Part shown: piece after piece, positions 1 through 11,515 of the stretch
Layout: each line of letters starts with the position of its first letter
How positions within the stretch are numbered: the stretch's first letter is position 1
Origin: Camelus dromedarius
Lineage: Eukaryota
DNA: 64,000 nucleotides
Assembly: GCF_036321535.1 (NCBI RefSeq)
Contig: NC_087437.1
Span: forward strand, 94,304,001 to 94,368,000
Direction: 5' to 3'
Made by a program: the position numbers and the translations under genes
Notes under the pieces: generated by a model
Databases searched by the model: none
What the model was told of the DNA's origin: nothing
Seen by the model: only the letters and a program-made list of their open reading frames with translations

Positions 1-3000
1 ATCTTTCAGTTCCTTAGCAATGCTCTTCAGTTGAATTGGAATTCTAGCACTATAACAGCCTGTCAGTATCAAAGAATATTTCCTTCTTCGTGGCAACCAA
101 GAAGGTTGAATCCACTTAGTATAAAGGGTAAAGAAAGACATTGTCAAGACAGACACGTGAGCCTGTGTAAACTAAACAGGCTAGGAAGTCTTGATCTTGG
201 TTCTTAAAGACAAGACTACCAGGAGATAGATTACCTGAACAAAATCTGCTCTAACAGTAACTCACCACAATTAGAGAATTAAGGTGTGACCCAGATTTAT
301 ACGTGGGTAAATGTTTAATAGAGTAATTTTATAACATTTTTCCTGTAGAAGAAAGCATTCTTTGCCTTATCCAAATTTCTTTTCTTTTTTGTTTTCTAAT
401 AGTTTATACTACATTATAATTGACTACACTGAACTTGAAGGCTAAGATTAATTCTGTCCGTTGTAGTTTCTTCATATAGCCTACTACTTGCCACATAGTA
501 GGTGCTAAACAAATGTTTAATTAATATTGTTGAATATTAAAAAAAAACTCTTAGTTTGAATAATTTATTGTACTCAAATAATGATAATTTCAAAGCAAAT
601 CAATCTTATTAGTTACTATTTATTCATCTAATACAGGATCTAGTGAAAGGACTAGCCAATATTTGTGATTAAATTGCCTATGTTAGAAAAATAAAATTTA
701 TTTTGTCTTTAGTTTATTCCAGAAAGGGGGGATAAATTTCTGTTTGTATATTATCTGATCATTTTTAACTGCCTTGCATTTGACTGATCACACTGAGATT
801 AATTTTTTTTTCCTACTAGAAAGCTTTACAGATATTTTAATGTTCATATATGAATATCTCTATGCGCAGCTCATATTTTATATGACTCTTGATGCAGCTT
901 AACTTACAATGAAGAAGTGTTTTGAACAATAGTGCCAATAACTGAAGTCCTAGTGCAACAAAATGACACATCACAGATCAGGGCCTAAAACCGCTTTTGA
1001 CTTCAGCAGCCGCTGCTCACCGCCCGGCAGGCTGCCTGAAGCAGCAAGTAGGGACAGAAACAGGGGTTTCTGTGGGTCATGTCATCTGTGTTGTTGCTGA
1101 GAGAGGTGTCCTTATCCTGCTGTTTCTGTAGTTCTATTTGGCTTGCGTTCTCTCCAGGCTTTGTAAGCAATGTAGCCTCTTCTTGTTCCCTCTGAGAATC
1201 ATCTGAAGGCTTTTTCCTTTCTCAACACATTAGGAAACCTGGAAACCCACGACATTCTTAATACTGATGAGACACATCTCTGTTACAATTTTCTGCCTGA
1301 TAAATTCTTAACATTTCCTGTGGGCGAAAACCATAGGAAATTGCATGGGGTAGAGGGGATGAGTCCACTGCTATTTTATTTTCATATAGATGGAAAATTC
1401 TTCTCTACCAGCACATTGATATTCAGACCATCTCAGGCCAGAATCCTCCGAGCTAATTATTTTGTTGCTCAGCGAACAATAGATATTTGAATTTATTTTT
1501 TTTTTTTTTTAGTATGCAGTGAATGGACTCTTCCGCAGTTACAGATATATACCTGACCTATATTTAATTATTTTAAATATGCGTTACATTGCTTTCAAGA
1601 GACTAAAAGTGTTGTATGGGGACGAACAAAGTTATGTTTAGAGAAGCAACACAATTTTGGCTGAACGCATTGTTGGCCTGTCCATCTGGAGATCCGAGCC
1701 CAAGAGAGACAAAATGAATATTCTGAGAGGAAAATTTATTATAAGATGATGGCAACTGCCAGGCAGGTGTAATTTATTATAAAAGGATGAAGCAAACCCC
1801 ATGGGCCACCTGGTTGTGTGAAGGAATGGTGGTTGCATGAATCTCAGGGTTTTTGTTTCTGTTTTGTTAACACAGGCTGATAGGACCCACGGCCTTCACA
1901 GTGAGCCCCAGTGAACCACAGAGGCATATGCCACAGACAACTCAGGAGTGTATGGTCTCCTTAGCGCAAAGCCATCATTCCATGGAACACACTGCTGTAC
2001 ATCTCCCTTTTATGGTGGGTCACAAGTAGCATCTTTTGTCTGTGGACACAACATTATTTTTAGTTATATAATTCACAGCAGTAAAGGAAATAACACAATT
2101 TACTTGAAAAGGTTAATGCTTTTCTTGGACACCTAATTTAAAACATTCGTCTTTCTGGTTGAAACCATGGCTGTAAAGAGTTAGTATAAAAGTGGAGTTA
2201 TAGCTCAGAAGTTCAATAAGCTTCTAAGAGCACTTAATGCTCAAACAGACTAAAAGTGTTTTTATGGAGATCAATGGGCAATTCACTCCTTCCTTGCATT
2301 TTATTTTTCCTACAAAGTGGAATGGTTCCCCTTAATATTTAAGACACACAAAAATCTTTGTTAAAATCTATATACTGATGAAATCTTTTAACGCTGAATG
2401 TGTACAGTGGGTGCAGATTGATATGGGTGGTTATAAAGGTAGTTGGGCATTTGGTGTCTCTTATGGGCTGTCCTCAGAACTTGGGAACATGTACTTCCAG
2501 GCAGGAACCCAGGCAGGACAGAGAAAAAGCCATGGGTCAGAAACCAGCTTCTGAGCAGACATTCCCAGACTGCGACACTCAGACCCTTACAACGTCCACA
2601 GGGATAGAAGCCCATTGGTCCTGCATATTGGGTTCCCCACTTTGCATTTTGCCAAATCAGAAATTAAAAACCAACAAACCATTTTCATTATTGCTGTCAT
2701 TTTACGAAAGGACATTTTTTACAGAAAAAAAAAGTTTAGGGAGGTTATATCAAAATAAGATTGTTTTCAATTAAGTCATTAAGGCTTAGGCAGACTTCCA
2801 GCAGTTCCTCATTTTCTTCCCCTTTGCAGACGTGGGGAAAGAGTCCATCTGGACCAGTCCAGTCTCGGAGGGCATGAGGAAGCCTCGTGTTTGGTTAAGA
2901 GCAGCGGGGAAACGCGCAGAATCCTACCCTTTGTCATATGTGCAGTGTTCACACATCTATTCTGCGAGCATTTAGTGAAGGCGGCCTTGGGACAGGCCTT

Positions 3001-4454
3001 GACAATGTAGAAGACCGATGTGGGCAAGAGGCAGAAGACCAGCATGGTCTGCCTCCTGTCCCCTCACACCCTGGTGCGGAGATAACTCAGAGATAAACCC
3101 CTGGAGCAGAAGAAATCGTGGTGACATCATGGTTGTGAGGACCGGTGGTCCCCACCCTGGCTCTGCATCCAACCACCTTGGGGACACAAGGACAAATATA
3201 CTAAAATACTAGGTCCTGGGATCCACCTAGATTTTGATTTATTAACTATGGGTTGAACCAGACAGTGACTTTTACTCTTTATTGCTGCATTAGGTGCGTG
3301 GAGGTTAAACTTTCCAGTAGTCACACAAGGATGATCATAAAGGCAACTGTCCCTGCCCTGCCCTCCTCCCCCATTGCCTCTAGTTTCTCGGAAGCTTTTA
3401 CATATCCTGTACTTCTTTCTGGGGCAATATTTTAACTCTATTTCTCTCTTTTTAGGGCTGGCTTGGTATTGGAGAAAATATGATGTAGTCATGTGAGATC
3501 CCATTTTGGTCCTTTTTAAAAACCAGCAACCACTTGCAGGCGTAGGGTTGGCTCTTGCTACCGTGAAAGGGGTCTGACTTCCCTGGGGAGGGGCCCGAGG
3601 CCCAAGCCCCACCACTGTCCCCTGGGGCTCTTGAACCCTGTCATCAGTCAGAGACCTCAGACTGGCCTCAGATGATTCTGTCATTTCCCTCTTGCTAAAG
3701 GGATGGGGACCAGCCTGTCAAGACAGAGTCCCGGGGGGTGGACTAGGAGGTTCTGAGCCTACAGCTGGCCTGAGAGATGTCAGCAGAGCAAGATGTGATT
3801 AATGAGATAAATGGGGCCAAATGAAGCAGAAAGTAGGACCTCTCCCTCCCTAGAGGTCCACTTGGGAAGACAACCTAATGAATTAGAGACTCAACGGGAG
3901 GTATGAGCCAAATATGTCCACAGGACAGAAGGAACCCGGGTCCCTGTCTCAGCCCTCAGCACAGTCACCCCTTCTAGGAAAATGGATTGAACAGGGACGT
4001 GCTGGCTGCATAGAATCCATGAAATGATGAGATCCAACCAGTCCCAGTGTAGTCTCCTAAGTTGTGAGGATGGATTCCTAGTCCTGGTTAAACATTTGGG
4101 GACACCCTTCAGTCTGGGGCCTTGTCTTCCCACAGTGACCACACACTAGGTGGGAGGAAGCCTCAGAGGAGGGCGATCCCTGGGACCTCTGGGGGCAGGA
4201 CCAGGTTTCTCTGCAGCAGAAGGAAACTTTAACTCAGGAGAATGGCTTTCACCCAGGACAGAGCCCAACCGCACTCTGCCCTGACTTGCTCTTAGGCACA
4301 GAAAGGGACAGGGTCTGGCCCTGCTTTGACCCCCTAGGTTTGCTGTAGGGCCAGGTGGGCCTCGAGTGGCCCAGCTCTAGTCTGTGATCAACCCTTCCAC
4401 CTGCCTCAGGGCCTAAGTAAGTGAAGTCACTTTCCACTTTTAAAGCAAAGTTAG

Positions 4455-4570
4455 GGACAACTGTTTACTCGGACCTGGCCGGCCTCCCCTCCCCCAGCCT
4501 AACTGCCCAGCGTTGGTGGTCAGGCAGTTAACCTTGGAGACGGAACATCACAGGGTTCTGAGCGGTTATT
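4455..4570 (+). promoter_or_regulatory. Candidate proximal promoter of the cTAGE-like copy (MYB-type and RFX-like motifs)
   Basis: CAACTG 4458, TAACTGCC 4500, GGCAGTTA 4523, CGGTTA 4563, imperfect X-box GTTAACCTTGGAGAC 4527-4541 and a C-rich box at 4484-4496, all 55-170 bp upstream of the ATG. Confidence 0.4.
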
Positions 4571-4624
4571 TGGGGCCCACAGGACACTGGTCCTCAGAGG
4601 CAGAGCTGGGGAGGCCTCACAGCC

Positions 4625-6082
4625 ATGGAAGTCTTACTGCTTGCCCTTGGGTCCACTCTCCAGCTGATCCTGGAGCCCCTGTGGAGCGCTCTGCTGCTTG
4701 TTATGAAAGCTTGACACACGTCCCAGGTCTCCCTGTGTTTCTCTGGGAGATCCTAGTGTGTGCTGGGGTGCTGGTCCTGGCAGTAAATAGATGGTACACT
4801 TTAAGAAGGGAGAAGTCGCTCAGAAAAATGTCTTCAGCCCAAGATGAAGTCTGTGGAAAATGGAGAGAGACTACTGGACCGATGACTCAGGCCCATGAAG
4901 TCCTCAAGCCACCTGGGCTCGAGGCCAGTCCTCCCTTATTACGAATCTTAAGCTTTTGGGCCTTGAAAGAAAAACCAAGGAAGACATTGTTTCAGGGCAC
5001 TGTTGACTTTATGGAAAAGGCACAGAAGAGCCAGCCTCCGCAACTTTCCCAAGTCACTGACGGAAAACACATCTTAAAACCGTCAGAGAAAATGGAGAAC
5101 AATCTCAGAAGAAAGAAGAGAATGATTTGAATAAAAATATTCGTTTTCCAGAAGTCCAGAACTGTTTCACCCAGAAATTGGGAGAAGGAAGCGACAGGTC
5201 CAGGGAAAGGAGTTGGGAGGGAGGCTGGAGTGGCCGAAGGCAGGAAAGGCACAGGTCCTGCAAGATAGAATCAGCCGATTAAGAGCCATAGCAGACCACC
5301 TGCTAAAGACCACCCCGTCGCCCGACCTCCTTGGAGGTCATGTGGATGGAGGGCACGCAGACATCCAGCAGGAGGAAGCAGAAAATGGCCATCGCCCTGT
5401 CCGCGGGTCAGAAGGTGATCTGAAAGGCATCACAGATGATGCTGACCACAGTGTGCCCCTTCCACATCCTCAAGAGGGACATCAGGGGACAGCCAAACGC
5501 TTGCAGGAAGAAAAGCAGATGATCCAAGAGCTTACAGTACAAACAACAAGTCTCCAAGTAGAAGAAGCGTCTGTGAAGTGTGAGAATTCCCAGCTTGATG
5601 ATGAGACTGAGCAGCTGAAGCTGAAACTTCAAAGTCTGCCTGATGCCTATGATGACTACATGGTGCAGCTTCACAGATAATTCTCTCAGGTGGAAGCTTG
5701 CTGCTCAGAAGTGAGGAAGAAACTCACCAATGTGTGTAGAGACCTGGACTCCACAGGTCAGATGTGCGACCTCTGCAAGAAGATCGCCCAAGATGCAGGC
5801 GAAGAACTGGAGAGAACCTCTTCCTACCACCTCAAAGGGATCTGCTTCCAAGAGAAAAGAGCTGAGGGAAGCTAGCTGGCGGCAGTGGCCACCTAGAGAA
5901 AGCTCCAGGACCTGCGAAAGGAGAGTGACCGCAACAGACAGATGCTGGCCAAGGTCGAGGCCAACTTTCAGCCTCTCCCCAGGGGCCCTGGTGCTCCTGC
6001 TGCTCCACCCGCAGCCCTTGGAGGCCCAGCAGTGTCAGGAGGGTCCCTACGTCATCAGGCCCCCCAGGAAGGAGGAGAGTAA
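4625..6082 (+). pseudogene. Intronless cTAGE5/MIA2 (TANGO1-like) family retro-derived pseudogene
   Basis: gccATGg at 4625 opens MEVLLLALGSTLQLILEPLW. After a frameshift comes GLPVFLWEILVCAGVLVL..RREKSL (cf. cTAGE GFPWELVICAAVVG..GREKKL). Then AQVLQDRISRLRAIADHLLK (cf. AEQVLNDKESHIKTLTERLLK) and EELERTSSYHLKGICFQEKRAEGS*LAAVAT*RKLQDLRKESDRNRQML (cf. EELERTIHSYQGQIISHEKKAHDNWLAARNAERNLNDLRKENAHNRQKL). In-frame stops at 5678, 5873 and 5894; frameshifts near 4700 and 5110-5220; final TAA 6080-6082. Reference peptides are recalled. Confidence 0.85.
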
Positions 6083-6291
6083 CGCGGTGAGGGTCCAGGG
6101 ACCTGGGCTCACCTGCAGGTTTGACTCAGCCCACAGCAGCTGGTCGACACTCACAACCACAGCACAACGTCTGCATATGTGTTCTCTTTTGAAGATAACT
6201 TTGATTCTTATCTTTTAAGTTTAGCTCCTATAACATAATTGAATTTTCATTCATACAGTTTATAAGTTTATAGTTTGTAAGTTTTTTTTCA

Positions 6292-6470
6292 AATAAAGTT
6301 TAATTTAATGCAATTCTTATGAACAATTTATCAAATAAAGAGTGCAAAATGTCAACTCCTCTAAATTATCCAATGATTTTAGACCATTTAATAAAAATTT
6401 ATAAAGTTTGAGTGGTGCTGTAATGAAGTGTTTTGTTTTTTGTTTTTTTGGTTTTTTTTGTCATTGTGTT
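6292..6470 (+). terminator. Polyadenylation signal cluster downstream of the cTAGE-like copy
   Basis: AATAAA at 6292, 6334 and 6390, followed by a GT/T-rich tract at ~6429-6470. Confidence 0.45.
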
Positions 6471-7340
6471 TTAAAACCAATCTAATTTATTCAGGCAAAT
6501 TTAAGATTACCTGTACAGATTTCTAATAACAGCTCAGAGAAGAGAGAAATGGTTTTTATTATTTCAAATATCTCTATGTTAAACTCCAGTGATGGCTTAA
6601 GGAGTAGTGATTTAAATTAAATACATTACTTATGCAATCTTATTCTGGAGGATGCAAGAAAGAAGGGAAGGGTGGCTTTCCTGAAGGGTCCTTATTTGAC
6701 TGGAATTCCATTTCTAGGGCATGGCATTCAGTTTTTTCAGGCTCAGAAACGTGGGTATAGGTGCACCCTGAGTCCCTCAGTCCAGGACATTAAGTCAGGC
6801 TGACCGCTCTCGCAAGAGTCTAATTTACAAGATAACCAAGTGAGGCCTAATTATTATTAAATAAAACATATAGCTGTCAAGAGGAATGAATACTTCTATT
6901 TACTGATCAGCATATTCCTTCCCTACAGGCAAGTTAAATTATAATTATATGACTTCACAGTCAACATGGGAATCAAGCAAGAGCAGTTAATTGGATATTT
7001 TATTGCCTAATGCCATCAAGCCCTGAGAGCTTGAAGCGCTCTCCCCAGCGCAGACGGGGCAACAACGGTCAGTCACTCCTGGGTGGAAGCTGGGGTTCCG
7101 ATGGAAAATCCCCAACAATCTTCCAAAGGAACAGACAGATAAATAAGTTGAAAGTGTTCAGCATACTGTGTTAGATATGAATATGCGTCTTATTAAATGT
7201 AAAGTGCTCAGCTATGTGTTGCATTGGTAAATATCACCTCTGCCTAGCACATTTCTTTAAACAGATCTGTAGAAAGTCTCTATATATCTAGAAGCTTTTG
7301 AGTCTCTCAAAAGCCTTGAAGCATCTATCACTCCACAGAG

Positions 7341-7830
7341 CAGCAGTTCTCAATATTTTTAGTCTCAATAACTCTTTATACTCCTAAAATTATTAAGAGC
7401 TCTGAAGAATGACTGTTTATTTGGATGAAATCAATCAGCATTCATTGTAGAAACTAAAACTGAAATGAGATTTCTTTATTCATTCATTTAAAAATAAATC
7501 CTTACTTAACATAAATAATGCATGTTTTAAATAGCTCTATTTTTTTTAAAATTTGTGAGTAGTTTGTATTTAGTGTATGTGTTCTCTTGTAAAACTATCA
7601 GATCGTTTTACAAGCTTTGTTAAAATCTGTCTTAATAAAAGACAGGTGTATTCATCTTTCTGTTTCTACTTTCCATCTATTGGTTTACGTATCATGTAGC
7701 CACTGAGGAAACATACTTTACAGTCATGAGAGAATACAAGTGAAAAAGGCAAATGACCTCATGCAATTATTATTTAAATAGTTTTGATCTTGGGACTCCA
7801 TTGGAAAGCTCTTTGAGACCCTAACTGTTC
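7341..7830. mobile_element. hAT-superfamily non-autonomous DNA transposon fossil
   Basis: Starts CAGCAGTTCTCAA (cf. CAGTGGTTCTCAA TIR); internal sequence resembles recalled hAT consensus; right end degenerate. Confidence 0.6.
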
Positions 7831-10663
7831 ACAGGTTAATTTTTTTACCCCTACATGTTAAGTTCACAAATGCTCTAACAGGAGTTTTCATTCCTAGCTG
7901 CACAAGAGAATCACGTGAAACTTTAAAAATACCCGACTTACTTACACACAGATCAGTTCTCGGGAACTGCTAATGTAGTCTTCTCCAACTGCCATAAGGA
8001 CAAGTTTCTCTAGGCTATTTATCTCCTCTCTGTCTTCTTCTTCACCTCCCAACCTGTCTCCTTAAAGCTAAGTAAACCATTGCTTGCTTGCTGATGCCTG
8101 ATAGCTGGGTGAACCCCATCATTTGCTGCCATTTGATGAACCGCCTGTTTATACAACATTTTTAAGGTCATTCAACAAAAACTGCTGACTGGTAAAGCCA
8201 AAGAGGACAGAAATCTGAAAGGACAGAAAGGAAGAAATATCTGGTTCTATGTCAAAAGTATATAAATTGGGAAGAAATCATGTAAGAATAAGGAAATTGT
8301 AAGAGAGTGGTCACTAGATCAGGAGGAATTACTTGAGCTCTGAAGATTTAGGGGAGAAGGAAATCCATTCAAGTTGTCAACAGGTTTTTAAGAATTGCCC
8401 AGTGGGACTGAGCCCCACTCCGACATTCTGCGGTTCAGCCCTGTAACATTCATGCTAACTGACCCTGGGTTAACTTAGTACATGTTTCTCAATCCCAGTT
8501 AAAGTAATAGTAATAATCTCTCTTTTTCCCAAATTCCAGCTTTCACCTTATGAAACTATCCTCAGATTTCCTATCTGTGCTCACATTCTTTTATTTTTCA
8601 GTCTTCAATTTTTTTACATTTCGTATAATTTTATTTTCTTAGTAGTATGGCTCAATCTTGCCCCTCAGCTAGGTAAATAATACAAAGTTATGGTGCCAAC
8701 CGGTGAGCTACTGGGCCACCTGCCACTGTGCACCTCTTAGTACCACTTTGCCTATTTCTTGAGGTGTCTCACCATCATGTCTTAGTAAACTGCTAATCCC
8801 CGACTTGCCACTGTCCTACCGATAACAGATTAAAAACCTAGAGATTGAACTGTCTCCAGAGAAGTATCCGTGGACTCCTCCACTTGGTTTCAAGCCCAGC
8901 CCTGCTTGTCCATGCTAAGTAATGGAGTAATATTCGACAGAGTCCCAGGATGGCCTACAGGGCGATATCAGCATGCTAACTCATTGAGAAAACGTTTTTT
9001 TCCAGTATGATTGGACAGAGAAAACCATTTGAAACATTCCCTCTAGAAGAACTTGCCTTTAAATTTCCTGTTATATTCCCTTAGGGTCCATCAGAGCTCT
9101 AAGGTGATATCATAGTAAAGAGATGAAGAGAACAATAATTCTTCTCAGGTCACTCATGTCTCAGAGGATGTTGTGCTTCAGTATTTGTGTTTCTTCCATT
9201 TAAAGTTCCTAGAGTAATATTCCACAGTAAGCTAAGGCCTCCTGTCTCCTATCTACCGATTCTTCAACAATGAGTGTCTCTCCACAGTAATGTGCCTCAT
9301 TTCATTCATCAAACCTCATTAACATTAATTCATCATCAAGAGAGGTTCTGACTGACACATTAAAAAAAAATGTTAAGGGTTGATCTTTTTCACTTGTCAT
9401 TCGTGACATACATTCATCATGTTCAAAATGGTGTTTCAGTGGGTAACATGAAATGACATTAAGAACCAGGGGTCTGTAACAGAATTTTCCAGACACTCTA
9501 CATTTAAGGTTGTTTATTTTGCATGGTAGGGATTTCTGCCATATTGCAAATTAAATTACTATTTTTATGCTTTAAGTCCTATTTGACAGTAGAATCAAAG
9601 TACATGCTTTCCGTTATAGATTTTCTTTCTGAGGTTGTTTTTGATGTAAAAACAGCTCATACAGAGATTTTCATCTATATTACATTTGAGTAAAGTTACT
9701 ATAAGTTGATTAGGTAGGCTGAATAAAGTCTAACCAATTTTACCATTTAATACAATTTTTCTAGTGCTGACTCCCTTGGAATGTTCGAACATTGTGTTCA
9801 AATATTGAATGTTTCAAGATTTTCCAGTGCTGAGCTGCAGGAGAAGTGTTTCCGAGTGTGTAGTTGACTTGTGTTACTTCTGGCCTCCTAGCTTCCGTGA
9901 CCCGTGCACAGCAGCACCCGATTTCCCTCTGGGACATCATCTCTCCCACACAGCCTGCCCTGTAGGAGTGAGAAGGTAAAGCAGGGTATTGTTTTCTCCC
10001 ATCAAAGAAATGAAAGGAATGCCTGGAAGCTCCTGACATCAGACTCCTTCTGTAAATATCAGTCTCCAGTTGAATTTCAAATATTCCAGTGGTGGCTTTT
10101 AGGTGACCAGCCTTCTATATTATCATCTTCATTCCTGTCTGTTCCACTTCTGGTTCTTAGTTTTTGTTTTTATTTTCACTTACTGTTGTTAACCTTTGAT
10201 GCAATTTTATCCTTCCGTTTCTGTTAGTCACTTAGGGTCATTCTGTGTCATTAGCAGCCAAAGTACCCTGAATGTTACAGTGGGAAAGACCAAGAACAGA
10301 GTTTTAAGTTTTTTGCTTATGTATTTTGAGTCTAGTTCAGAGATAAGGAACATAATTAGATATCAGTGTGTCTGAACTCCATCCCAAAGTGTTTGATTTT
10401 TTCCTTCCATTCCTAGTGTTTCAACAGAGACTCGAAGGTGAAAATGATAGTTATTCCCAAGTACATAGAGCAAGATGCTAAGTCATTTACACAGGCAATG
10501 CCAAACTGCTGTGGCAGTAACTCTGTCTGCCCTACTCAGCATCTGCCTCCAGGCTATATAAGGGAGTTGGAGAGCTTGGAGCGTGGGGGCTGTTTGGGAG
10601 AAAACTGTCGGTGCTTTGTGAGTTAAACACTCACATTCTCCCTCTTTCTCTCTTTCTCACGCG

Positions 10664-10688
10664 CACACACACACACACACACACACAC
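10664..10688. repeat. (CA)n microsatellite
   Basis: Directly visible CA run. Confidence 0.95.
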
Positions 10689-11319
10689 CTGAAGGGTGGT
10701 AATTTTTTTCTCTATCATCTCAGGCAAAGCAAAGCTTTAGAAACAGTTCTTAGAAAACTTAATAAATGTTCTCTGAAATTTAGGGGGACCGAAAGACCCC
10801 CAAATATAAATTTTAAATGTTTACATACATCTGTATATCTAGGAACTGAAGATTGAGTAAATAGCTATTGTACATCCATTTCAAGGAACACTGTTCAGTT
10901 ATTTAAGTGATGGCACATTTGTAATCCTTCATACAGAAATATTCATAAAATATTTGTAAGTGAAAATCAACTATTCTTCCTGTATATTTATAATACTTGC
11001 ACACAAATATTTTTTATAAGCAAAATAGGGGAAGGAAATAAACACAAATGATAGTGCAATGTATCTCTTAATGTTTTTCTCAGGTAGTTATTCTCTATCT
11101 AATTTTGCTATCTAAAATTTTAGCTTTTCTAAATAAATTTTATGTGTAAAAAGGCAGACGCTTATTTTTCAAGGAACTTGGCATTTTTTAAATAGTCAGT
11201 ATGGTTATGGCAGGGCCTAAAGTACGTCAGCAAAACAGAGTAATGACTGAAGGTTTCTTAATCTTAATCTGAAACATTGGTTCTGAGAAATAAAATCACA
11301 ATCACTGTACTTGTGAAAC

Positions 11320-11515
11320 TTTGGAGTTAAACAGCCTAGGCTTGTTTTATGGTTCTCAGTTTCTAACAGTGTTTCCCTGAGCCAGTGTCTTAACCTCCCT
11401 GGGTCCCAGATTCCTTATGTGTAAAATGGACATGTTAAGAACAGCTGTCTTATGGAAGAACTGTTCTGTGTATTAAGTGAAGCAATGAACATAAAGTGTT
11501 AGCCCAGTGCCCACT
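11320..11515 (+). mobile_element. MIR SINE
   Basis: Core-like cttaacctccctgggtcccagattccttatgtgtaaaatgg and tail taaagtgttagcccagtgcc. Confidence 0.75.

Noticed and set aside
2830..3190. Coding exon after acceptor cttcccctttgcag at 2829
   Set aside because: No convincing frame or donor; part of it resembles decayed antisense L2.
3127..3684. 185-aa minus-strand ORF
   Set aside because: No recognisable domain; a long ORF is plausible by chance in the GC-richer block.
4513..6218. Four separate plus-strand genes (205, 155, 61 and 162 aa)
   Set aside because: Three are fragments of one disrupted cTAGE-like frame; the 162-aa ORF is an off-frame shadow.
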